This document shows, piece after piece, positions 34,510-42,265 of a DNA stretch of 42,265 nt. The notes under the pieces were generated by a model. The model was not told the DNA's origin and made no database searches. It was given only the letters and a program-made list of their open reading frames with translations. The stretch covers positions 1-42,265 of the forward strand of contig JBDREQ010000011.1 in assembly GCA_043819555.1 (NCBI GenBank), read 5' to 3'. The DNA comes from Candidatus Zixiibacteriota bacterium. Its GTDB lineage: Bacteria > Zixibacteria > MSB-5A5 > GN15 > JAAZOE01. The position numbers and the translations under genes are program-made. The stretch's first letter is position 1. Each line of letters starts with the position of its first letter.

Positions 34510-36917
34510 TGGCTAAGGACTTAATTTGCAATGGATGGATATTTTTAATCTTTTTTTTCATATGTCTGTCAATCGCCTCGGTTTGCGGCGGTCAGGAAAT
34601 AATTTTGCCGAGTGAATTGTTTTTTTACTCACCGGTCGCATCGACTTCAGGTCAAAGCTCAATATGGTCAAATCCGGCCGCACTTGGTAACCGCCAAATG
34701 GGCACTCTGTTTATGTTTTCGCACAGGGATGATCGCATCATAAGAGACTGGGGTACGGCTTCCACTACACGGGCAATGGGAGCCGCTTATAGATTTATCC
34801 AAGGCGGTATTCTACCTGACCACAAGGAATATATTGTTGCTTTTGGCGGCGGACGAAGACTCTCATTCGGATTTTCATATCGCTATATATCGGAAGGCGC
34901 CCAGCATTTGAGAAAACGTCATCTCTGGAATATCGGTTTGCTCATGCGCCGATCCAAAAATATCAGTCTCGGCGCCCGTGTCGATAATATCAATCGAGGA
35001 AAAATAGAGAGTAAGAAAAGCGATATGCGATTGGTTTACGGCATCGCGGCCCGGACCTATCGTGATCTCGTTACCGTATCTTTTGATGTGGATATGACTT
35101 CTCGCGAAAGTATCAGGCAGGCCGATTTTCGAACCGGCATCGAGCTGCGCCCTAAAGCTGGATTATATATTTATGCGGATATGGATAATCATTCAAATTT
35201 TGGCGTTGGTTTCCGCATGAATCTGCGATCCAATTATGCCGGCCACTATAGCAGTTTTGACCGCGACGCAAAGAACATTAACGCGACTACATATTTGGGC
35301 GCCGTAAAAGGGCGCCAGCCTTCGTTTATCAAACTCCAAAAAAAAACTCTGGTAGTCAACCTGGACGGTACCCTGCCGGAAAATCCCCCAATACCTTTTT
35401 GGGGGCACCGGTCGCTGAAGTTTATAGATTACATTAACGCGATTTACAAAGCGGCCGATGATGACGAAATTGGCGATTTGTACTTGAACATTAAAAATCT
35501 CAGATGCGGCCCGGGGAAGACGGAGGAATTATCCGAAGCGGTCGATTACTTTCGCCAATCGGGAAAATCTGTTTATTCATATTTGCACAATTCGAATAAT
35601 ATCGGGTATTTGCTGGCCTGCGCGGCCGATACGGTGATTATTCCACCGGTTTCGCAACTGCAGCTATTGGGATTGAACGCCAATATTATGATGTATAAGG
35701 GCCTGATGGATAGACTTGGTATTGAAGCGGAATTCGAACGCATAGATGAATACAAGAGTTATCCCGAGGTGTTTATGTTCGAAAGGCCCAGTGAGGCATA
35801 TCGTGACCAGGTGAATCGACTTCTTGAAAATATATACCGAGAGATGGTAGCCGAAATCTCGACAAATCGCAGTCTGGATTCAGATTCGGTGAAAGCGCTG
35901 ATAGATGTCGGGCCACTGACATCCATCGAGGCGGTCGATTATGGCTTATGTGATGAACGCCTATATGCCGATGAAGCTATGGAGAAATATGCCGGGTCGA
36001 ATTGCAAATTTATCTCCAAAAGAATCTCGATTAATGATTATGTCAACCTCGACAGGATGGATGATTATTGGGGGCAACGTCCGCAAATAGGGGTTATTAT
36101 TGCCGAAGGAGATATTCTGCCTGGAAATGATGGCAAAATCGGGCAATATGAAATGCTCACGGCAATCCGTCTTGCCGCAGAAAATAGCAATATCAAAGGG
36201 GTGGCGTTGCGAATCAATTCTCCCGGAGGAGATGCCCTTGCTTCAGATTTGATATGGCACGAATTAGATAAAACAAGCAGGCGCAAACCGATTGTAGTAT
36301 CAATGAGCAATGTTGCCGCCTCTGGAGGTTATTATATAGCCTCGGTAAATTCCAAAATATTTATTAATCGCAATACTATCACCGGCTCCATTGGAGTCTT
36401 TGGCGGCAAAATTAATATTGCGGGATTATATGATAAACTTGATCTCTATTCTGAATCAATCACGCGAGGCAAAAACGCGGGAATGTTCTCATTGTCAAAA
36501 CCATTTACTCCGGAACAACGATTGGTGATGAAAGATCACCTAAGGGCTATGTACAATAATTTTCTTGATAAAGTATCAACCGCACGCGGAATGGCGTCTG
36601 ATTCGGTCAATTCATTGGGACGAGGGCAAACCTGGACAGGCCGGGAAGCGGTTGAAAACGGGTTGGCCGATAATCTGGGAGGCATCGACGCCGCAATTGC
36701 TGAAATATGCAAAAAGGCTCAGTTAAACCGAAATGATATCGAGTTGGTTTATCTGCCGCAAAAACGCTATTTCTTCAAGAATCCATTTTATTTTTCGGGT
36801 TTTGCTTCCCGAATATCAAAAATGCTTGGGGGCGACTCAGGCGTCAAGGAAATTTTCCAAAACCCTTACGATTCTCACGTATATTATCGTATGCCGTACG
36901 AATTAGAATTTGAATAG
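34509..36917 (+). CDS. sppA: Signal peptide peptidase SppA (S49, two-domain) with N-terminal outer-membrane beta-barrel-like domain
   Basis: EYKSY (Lys), LRINSPGG, VAASGGYY (Ser), ITGSIGV, GQTWTG..GLADNLGG. The N-terminal ~270 aa has SNPAALG and alternating aromatic/Gly beta-strands. Confidence 0.88.
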   Translation: MAKDLICNGWIFLIFFFICLSIASVCGGQEIILPSELFFYSPVASTSGQSSIWSNPAALGNRQMGTLFMFSHRDDRIIRDWGTASTTRAMGAAYRFIQGGILPDHKEYIVAFGGGRRLSFGFSYRYISEGAQHLRKRHLWNIGLLMRRSKNISLGARVDNINRGKIESKKSDMRLVYGIAARTYRDLVTVSFDVDMTSRESIRQADFRTGIELRPKAGLYIYADMDNHSNFGVGFRMNLRSNYAGHYSSFDRDAKNINATTYLGAVKGRQPSFIKLQKKTLVVNLDGTLPENPPIPFWGHRSLKFIDYINAIYKAADDDEIGDLYLNIKNLRCGPGKTEELSEAVDYFRQSGKSVYSYLHNSNNIGYLLACAADTVIIPPVSQLQLLGLNANIMMYKGLMDRLGIEAEFERIDEYKSYPEVFMFERPSEAYRDQVNRLLENIYREMVAEISTNRSLDSDSVKALIDVGPLTSIEAVDYGLCDERLYADEAMEKYAGSNCKFISKRISINDYVNLDRMDDYWGQRPQIGVIIAEGDILPGNDGKIGQYEMLTAIRLAAENSNIKGVALRINSPGGDALASDLIWHELDKTSRRKPIVVSMSNVAASGGYYIASVNSKIFINRNTITGSIGVFGGKINIAGLYDKLDLYSESITRGKNAGMFSLSKPFTPEQRLVMKDHLRAMYNNFLDKVSTARGMASDSVNSLGRGQTWTGREAVENGLADNLGGIDAAIAEICKKAQLNRNDIELVYLPQKRYFFKNPFYFSGFASRISKMLGGDSGVKEIFQNPYDSHVYYRMPYELEFE

Positions 36918-37007
36918 TCAAATAATCAGAAACACTCAATAAGTTCTTGTGTTACAGATTGAGACGTATAAATTAAGTTTTCAATAAAAAACGCAATGGA
37001 GGGATTT

Positions 37008-38513
37008 ATGAAAAAAGAATTATCGGCTTTCAGGCTATTAAGATTGGCAATTATTCTGGGAGCCATGTGCGGGAGTGTAACAGCCTTCGATTTTTCGACC
37101 ATTGAAAACAAGATCAGCGATTTTGAGTTGGACAATGGAATGAAATTTATAATTCTCGAAGACCACAGCGCCCCGGTCATATCTTTCGCGCTCCAGGTAA
37201 ATGTCGGATGCGCCTATGACCCCAAAGAGTATATGGGGCTTTCTCATTTTTGGGAGCATATGGCTTTTAAGGGTACTTCAGAGGTTGGCACCAAAGATAT
37301 CAAGAAAGAGAAAAAGGCAATAGAAAAGCTGGATGCCCTATATAAAGATCTTCGAGCCGAAGAACTAAAGGGTAACTTTGCCGACACAGTAAAACTTGCC
37401 GATTTGAAGGAAAAATTTAAGGCCGCGCAGGAAGAAGCTGAAAAGTATGTGGCCATGAATGAGTTTTCGCTAATCGTCGAGCAGGAAGGCGGTGTTGGTT
37501 TGAATGCCGGCACCGGTTATGATGTCACCACTTATTATTATTCTCTGCCTTCCAATAAAATGGAACTTTGGTTTTACTTGAGTTCCAGTCGTTTCAATGA
37601 TCCGGTCTTAAGGCAGTTTTATAAAGAAAAAGAAGTTATAAAAGAAGAACGGCGGATGGGAGTTGAATCGAGTCCTTTCGGCCGCCTTCAGGATGAGTTT
37701 CTACATGCTGTCTTTCGCGCCCACCCCTATGGACAATCATTAATTGGTGAAATGAGTGACATTCATAATTTTGATAAAGAAGCGTTACTGGCTCATTTTA
37801 GGAAACACTATATCCCATCAAATATGGTTGCCGTTCTTGTAGGCGATGTTGATATGGAAATGGCGAAATCCCTCGCCAATGAATACTGGGGGCGGTTGCC
37901 AAAAGTAGAAAAACCGCGTCGATTGGCTATTGAAGAACCAATCCAGAGGGCGGAAAGACGCGCCATTGTCATCGATAAATCTCAGCCGATGCTGTTAATG
38001 GGTTTTCATCGGCCGGAAGTTACCGATGATGATGATGTGCTTTACAGCGCGATGGCAGATTATCTCGGTCAGGGGAGAACATCGCTTCTATACAAAAATC
38101 TGGTCAAGGATAAGAAAATCGCGACGGCAGTACAAGCTTTTGATTCTTACCCGGCATCCAAATACCCAAATCTATTTGGTGTTTTTGCGATGCCTTCCCA
38201 GGGAGTTTCCGCGACGGAATGCGAAACCGAAATTTTGGCAGAAATCCAAAAACTAAAAGAAGATTTGATTCCCGATGAAGAACTGGAAAAGATCAAAGCT
38301 CGGGCCAAGTCGAGTTTTATCGGGGCGCTGGCATCGCGAAACGGAATGGCCCGTCAACTGGCTAATGCCCATACCTATTATGGCGATTGGCGTGAGTTGT
38401 TCAAGGTTTTGGATGAGTATGAAAGAATTACCGCCGAGGATATCCAGCGAGTAGCCAATGAACTTTTTACCAGAAACAATCGTACCGTTGCATATATTGA
38501 AACCGAGGAATAG
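37008..38513 (+). CDS. M16B zinc peptidase, catalytic subunit, exported
   Basis: LDNGMK, inverted zincin HFWEH(MAFKG), LNAGT..DVTTY, EKEVIKEERR, HPY; signal peptide; ATG 37008 after GGAGGG. Confidence 0.93.
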   Translation: MKKELSAFRLLRLAIILGAMCGSVTAFDFSTIENKISDFELDNGMKFIILEDHSAPVISFALQVNVGCAYDPKEYMGLSHFWEHMAFKGTSEVGTKDIKKEKKAIEKLDALYKDLRAEELKGNFADTVKLADLKEKFKAAQEEAEKYVAMNEFSLIVEQEGGVGLNAGTGYDVTTYYYSLPSNKMELWFYLSSSRFNDPVLRQFYKEKEVIKEERRMGVESSPFGRLQDEFLHAVFRAHPYGQSLIGEMSDIHNFDKEALLAHFRKHYIPSNMVAVLVGDVDMEMAKSLANEYWGRLPKVEKPRRLAIEEPIQRAERRAIVIDKSQPMLLMGFHRPEVTDDDDVLYSAMADYLGQGRTSLLYKNLVKDKKIATAVQAFDSYPASKYPNLFGVFAMPSQGVSATECETEILAEIQKLKEDLIPDEELEKIKARAKSSFIGALASRNGMARQLANAHTYYGDWRELFKVLDEYERITAEDIQRVANELFTRNNRTVAYIETEE

Positions 38514-38527
38514 GGGAGAAGCCTGAA

Positions 38528-40657
38528 ATGAAAAATATATTCAAATTAACGATGCTGTTTGCGATTATTTTGCTGATAGCGTCTTCGCTTTCGGCTTACG
38601 GGAAAATGAAAGACCTGAAATACCCGCCCCTTGGAACGGTCACGGTTCCCGAGCCGGAAAAGATAATCCTCGATAATGGAATTCAAGTTTACATTCTCGA
38701 GGATCATGAATTGCCCAGTTTTAGCATTTTTATCAAAATGAACAAATGCGGATCGTATCTCGAACCGCCGGCAAAAATCGGTTTGGCGTCTATGACCGGT
38801 GAAGTAATGCGCACCGGTGGAACCAAATCAATGACCGGCGATGAAATTGATGAAGAACTTGAGGCCATCGGAGCTTATGTCGAAACAGGCATAGGCAATG
38901 TTTCGGGTTCGGCGTCGGCGGGAGGACTTTCAGAATACGCGGAAAAAATAATTTCTATTTTTGCCGATGTGGTTCGCAATCCGGTTTTTGATGAGGATAA
39001 AATCGAATTGGCGATAACTTCCGCGAAATCAAATATATCACGCCGAAATGATGATGGCATGACGATTTTACTTCGGGAATACCGAAAAATTATTTTCGGC
39101 GAGGAATCGCCTTATTCGCGGAACACGGAATACGCCACAATTGATGCCATTGAAAAAGAAGACTTGATAAGATTTCACGGCCTGACGGTCCAGCCGAATA
39201 ATATGCAGATGGCCCTCTACGGTGATGTAAATCGAGATGAAGCTTTAGCACTGATAAATAAATATTTCGGTGATTGGCCAGCGGCTACAATGGAATTGCC
39301 CGTTCCGCCGGATGTCGAATATACGTTCAAACCGTCGGTGAATTTCGCGGAAAAAAGTGACATCACACAGTCCAATGTTATTCTGGGACACATCGGCGGG
39401 AAAATGAAAGACCCAGATTATCCTGCGACGATTGTTATGAATTCCATTTTGGGCGGGAGTTTCGGGAGTCGTATCACGGACAACGTTCGCACCAAGCATG
39501 GTTATGCCTATACCGCTCAGGCCAATTACTCATTCAATTATGATTATCCCGGATGGTTTTACGCTTATGCCGGAACAAAGGGCGGCAGCACTGTCGCGGC
39601 CATCAAAATTATGATGGAACAGATTCGATCGATGCAGACGATTCCGCCAACCGAGGAAGAGATGCGCAAAGCCAAGGACGGCTGGCTCAATTCATTCGTT
39701 TTTAATTTTGACACTAAGGGTGAAGTTCTCAATCGTATGATGACCTATGATTATTACGATATGCCGGTCGACTTTCTTCAGCAGCTCAAAGAGGCGGTTG
39801 AGCAGGTTACTCCTGAGGATATCATTGAGGTTGCGCAACGAAAACTGAACCCTAATAACCTTCAAATTCTGGTCGTTGGCAAAGCGGATGAATTCGATGA
39901 ACCATTATCGGTTCTGGGCGAAGTAAATGAAATCGACATTACCATCCCCGAACCGGAAGTTATAGAATTTGTAGCTACCGATGAAGAGCTGAATCTGGGG
40001 ATGGAAAAACTGGCCGCCGTTGTTGAAGCCTGCGGCGGCACTGCCAATTTTCAGAAAATTAAAAGCCTTGAGACATCATCGAAAGTGAACATAAATATGT
40101 CTCAAGGGGCGATGATGGTGAATGTCACCAACATTCAGATCCTTCCCGATAAATCGGCTCAGATCGTCAGTATGCCGATGGGGAGCCAAAAACAGATTTA
40201 TGTTGGCACTGAGGGATGGACTATCGCCGCAGGACAAACCACGCCTATGTCGGAAGCTGATCTTAATGAACAGAAGCAGGATCTTTCCCGCAATACGCAT
40301 CATATCTTCGCCAACTTCGATAATCCGGATTATCAGATAGCCTTCAGGGGCGCGGAAGAATTTGAGGGCCAGCCGGCGGTGAAATATGAAATCTTGACAT
40401 CGGCCGGGGCGCAATTTTCACTATACGTTGATCCTCAAACCAACCTGCCGATAGGGAATAGCCACTTTGGCAATACCTACGCCGGCCCCGGTGAAATTGT
40501 GAATGTAATCCATGAACATGGCAGTTTTGGAGGCGTAATGATGCCGGTCAAAATGACTCAAAAATCGGGACCGATGACAATGGATATAGAAATAACAAAC
40601 ACGGTCATCAACGGCAAAATAGATGAATCGATTTTTGTAAAGCCGGATGGTATATAG
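38528..40657 (+). CDS. M16B peptidase, non-catalytic subunit, with C-terminal LolA-like/lipoprotein-sorting-like domain
   Basis: Signal peptide; LDNGIQV..EDHELP; no HxxEH; ILGGSFGSRITDNVRTKHGYAY R/Y pair. Extra ~230 aa VVEACGG..KIKSL...INGKIDESIFVKP. Confidence 0.88.
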   Translation: MKNIFKLTMLFAIILLIASSLSAYGKMKDLKYPPLGTVTVPEPEKIILDNGIQVYILEDHELPSFSIFIKMNKCGSYLEPPAKIGLASMTGEVMRTGGTKSMTGDEIDEELEAIGAYVETGIGNVSGSASAGGLSEYAEKIISIFADVVRNPVFDEDKIELAITSAKSNISRRNDDGMTILLREYRKIIFGEESPYSRNTEYATIDAIEKEDLIRFHGLTVQPNNMQMALYGDVNRDEALALINKYFGDWPAATMELPVPPDVEYTFKPSVNFAEKSDITQSNVILGHIGGKMKDPDYPATIVMNSILGGSFGSRITDNVRTKHGYAYTAQANYSFNYDYPGWFYAYAGTKGGSTVAAIKIMMEQIRSMQTIPPTEEEMRKAKDGWLNSFVFNFDTKGEVLNRMMTYDYYDMPVDFLQQLKEAVEQVTPEDIIEVAQRKLNPNNLQILVVGKADEFDEPLSVLGEVNEIDITIPEPEVIEFVATDEELNLGMEKLAAVVEACGGTANFQKIKSLETSSKVNINMSQGAMMVNVTNIQILPDKSAQIVSMPMGSQKQIYVGTEGWTIAAGQTTPMSEADLNEQKQDLSRNTHHIFANFDNPDYQIAFRGAEEFEGQPAVKYEILTSAGAQFSLYVDPQTNLPIGNSHFGNTYAGPGEIVNVIHEHGSFGGVMMPVKMTQKSGPMTMDIEITNTVINGKIDESIFVKPDGI

Positions 40658-40677
40658 CATATTAAAATAGTGCTTTG

Positions 40678-40706
40678 AAAAAGGCGCTCGACTGGGCGCC
40701 TTTTTT
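40678..40706. terminator. Bidirectional intrinsic terminator
   Basis: AAAAAGGCGCTC-GACT-GGGCGCCTTTTTT between convergent genes. Confidence 0.85.
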
Positions 40707-40707
40707 A

Positions 40708-41529
40708 TTACAAATATTTTTCGAAGAAATTCGCGGACGCAGTTAGGACCTGATCGAGTTTTTCGTTGCTTCCCTGAAACGGATGAGCCGCTCCAAAAGT
40801 ATGTCCGGCGCCGGGAATCTTAATAATTTCACTTTGGTTCGCATCAGCCCAGTTATAAATAATATCCGCTTCTTTTTCAGGAACGGCTTCATCTTCCTCA
40901 CCGTGGACAATTAGAAGAGGTTTGCCCAGATTCTTGATCGCCTTTTCGATATTCAGGCTGTTTTCGCCGTTTGCCTCAATATCGTCGAGCAATACGGTAT
41001 TGAGTCGCATAACCTGCCGGGTGCGTTGATTGACAACCTCAAAAAAGCCTTTTTCCCGCCAACGGCTTTTTAGCGCTTCGGAATATCGATTAAATGATGA
41101 GACCGCCGACCAGGTCGCAACCGCTCCGATATCTTTGTTTTGAGAGCCGGCCAGAAGGCTCGTCCCTCCGCCGCGGCTGTGTCCCAGTATTCCGACTTTA
41201 TCGCATGGCCCAAATTCGCCGGATTTGCAGGCGGCAACGAGTTCATTCAGTTCCCGGATTTCGCGGCTGAAGGTGTTGTTGGCAAATTTATCCAGTTCGG
41301 TGAATTCAGTCATATTATCGCCAATACCGTTGTGCGAGAAATTAAATGTAACCGCCAAAAATCCCTTTTGGGATAAAAACTGGCCGATATACGGCACGAA
41401 TCCCCAATCTTTGAATCCTTTGAATCCGTGAATGTAGATAACACAGTTATTTTTGGAATCGGGTTCACCATAAGTTGTGACGGATAGATTTTCGCCGTCT
41501 GACATTTTGAGTTTATAATCTTTTTTCAT
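40708..41529 (-). CDS. Alpha/beta hydrolase (cytoplasmic)
   Basis: IHGFKGFKDWG, FNFSHNG, nucleophile GHSRGG, VHGEEDEAV, AGHTFG. Confidence 0.9.
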   Translation of the reverse strand: MKKDYKLKMSDGENLSVTTYGEPDSKNNCVIYIHGFKGFKDWGFVPYIGQFLSQKGFLAVTFNFSHNGIGDNMTEFTELDKFANNTFSREIRELNELVAACKSGEFGPCDKVGILGHSRGGGTSLLAGSQNKDIGAVATWSAVSSFNRYSEALKSRWREKGFFEVVNQRTRQVMRLNTVLLDDIEANGENSLNIEKAIKNLGKPLLIVHGEEDEAVPEKEADIIYNWADANQSEIIKIPGAGHTFGAAHPFQGSNEKLDQVLTASANFFEKYL

Positions 41530-41577
41530 AGTGGCTCAATATGGGAGATTGACGTTTGAAAAACAAGCCTTCGCTTG

Positions 41578-41627
41578 TGTCATTCCCGAGAGCGTTGCCC
41601 GAAGGGCGAAGCGAGCCGAGAATCCAG
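41578..41627. repeat. REP-like half element, TGTCATTCCCGAGAGCG family
   Basis: TGTCATTCCCGAGAGCGTTGCCCGAAGGGCGAAGCGAGCCGAGAATCCAG, homologous to 520-572. Confidence 0.85.
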
Positions 41628-41629
41628 AG

Positions 41630-42062
41630 TTATCCACATTATTTTTCATAAAAATCCGTTTAATGCGATGTTCTTCTATAGGTTACAGTAAATTGGCTTT
41701 GTTCTGTCATTTTTCAGGCGAAGGCCTGTTTTCGGCTGTCGCGCAGTAGACCTGCTATCGGTTCATCGCTTCTCCAAGGAAGCGACAGGACCTGTGCGAA
41801 ACTTCTAAAATGGGTTTGTTTGCTCAGATTAACGTTTTTGGTCATATCAAATCGGTGTTAAATGTGGCAAAAGCCACTTATTGGCTGTCGCGCAGATGAC
41901 TTGGATTTTTCCGGTAGGGGTCCTCGCGAGCGACCTGGTAATTGCTATTGCGGGCTCGTCGCGACGAGCCCCTACGGTTCCGTATATCTTTTTTTATATA
42001 ATACATACTACTAAACGTTGAATATTTTTGAAACAATGGGAGATTGGTTGGGTAATTGCGGA
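41630..42062 (+). repeat. Dispersed scaffolded intergenic element, copy B
   Basis: TTATCCACA 41630; box1 41691-41709; box2 AAATGGGTTTGTTTGCTCAGATTAACGTTTTTGGTCATATCAAATCG from 41808; end motif GATTGGTTGGG 42042-42052. Colinear with copy A. Confidence 0.88.
41914..41975. repeat. Inverted pair of GTAG-type REPs (REPIN-like)
   Basis: GTAGGGGTCCTCGCGAGCGACC ... GGGCTCGTCGCGACGAGCCCCTAC, with GTAG/CTAC feet. Confidence 0.75.
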
Positions 42063-42106
42063 CTCAATTTTTTCTGAAGCAAACCGTCGTCAGCCAATGT
42101 ATCCTG

Positions 42107-42158
42107 TGTCATTCCCGAGAGCGAAATCTCATTAGGAGTGAAGCGAGTCGGGAATCCA
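42107..42158. repeat. REP-like half element, TGTCATTCCCGAGAGCG family
   Basis: TGTCATTCCCGAGAGCGAAATCTC..GGAGTGAAGCGAGTCGGGAATCCA, homologous to 520-571. Confidence 0.85.
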
Positions 42159-42225
42159 TACAGCATCAATAAAAGCTGTTGCTGTTATCATATAATTGGA
42201 GTATTATTGAACGAATAGGCGGGAA

Positions 42226-42254
42226 CCCACCGTTCCGCTGCGCGGAACAATGGG
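42226..42254. repeat. REP-like hairpin at window end
   Basis: CCCACCGTTCCGC-TGC-GCGGAACAATGGG imperfect inverted repeat; single copy in window. Confidence 0.5.
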
Positions 42255-42265
42255 CCACCGGTCTA

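Overview
A 42 kb chromosomal window from a diderm bacterium. Gene content and protein style suggest the FCB superphylum, possibly Zixibacteria-like; this is inference only. It is mostly housekeeping and envelope genes: cobB, gmd/rmd-like/UDP-sugar dehydrogenase, an RRM protein, a pflX-like radical SAM, a large TPR lipoprotein, pyrK-pyrD-pyrF, pgsA-pgpA-cinA-thpR-recA, a serine palmitoyltransferase + bacterial ceramide synthase operon followed by a lipoprotein and a TRAM-less methylthiotransferase, a beta-CASP RNase, Mrp-DUF971 + Nfu, hydrolases, ClC-CBS, patatin-POTRA-Omp85, trmH, a barrel-fused SppA and an M16 peptidase pair. The window opens in the 3' end of an IS30-family element. The three long intergenic regions (about 130-795, 22860-23640 and 41530-42265) are mosaics of REP-like hairpins. 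Each also carries a copy of an unannotated scaffolded element: a perfect DnaA box, a TAA-N19-TTA dyad and an invariant 19-mer at a fixed 61-nt offset, followed by exchangeable hairpin cassettes between conserved boxes. Other notable points are a probable stand-alone ~80-nt sRNA, an apparent ATT start codon, leaderless genes, and dense D-(S/T)-hydrophobic O-glycosylation sequons in secreted proteins. No rRNA, tRNA or CRISPR array was recognised.
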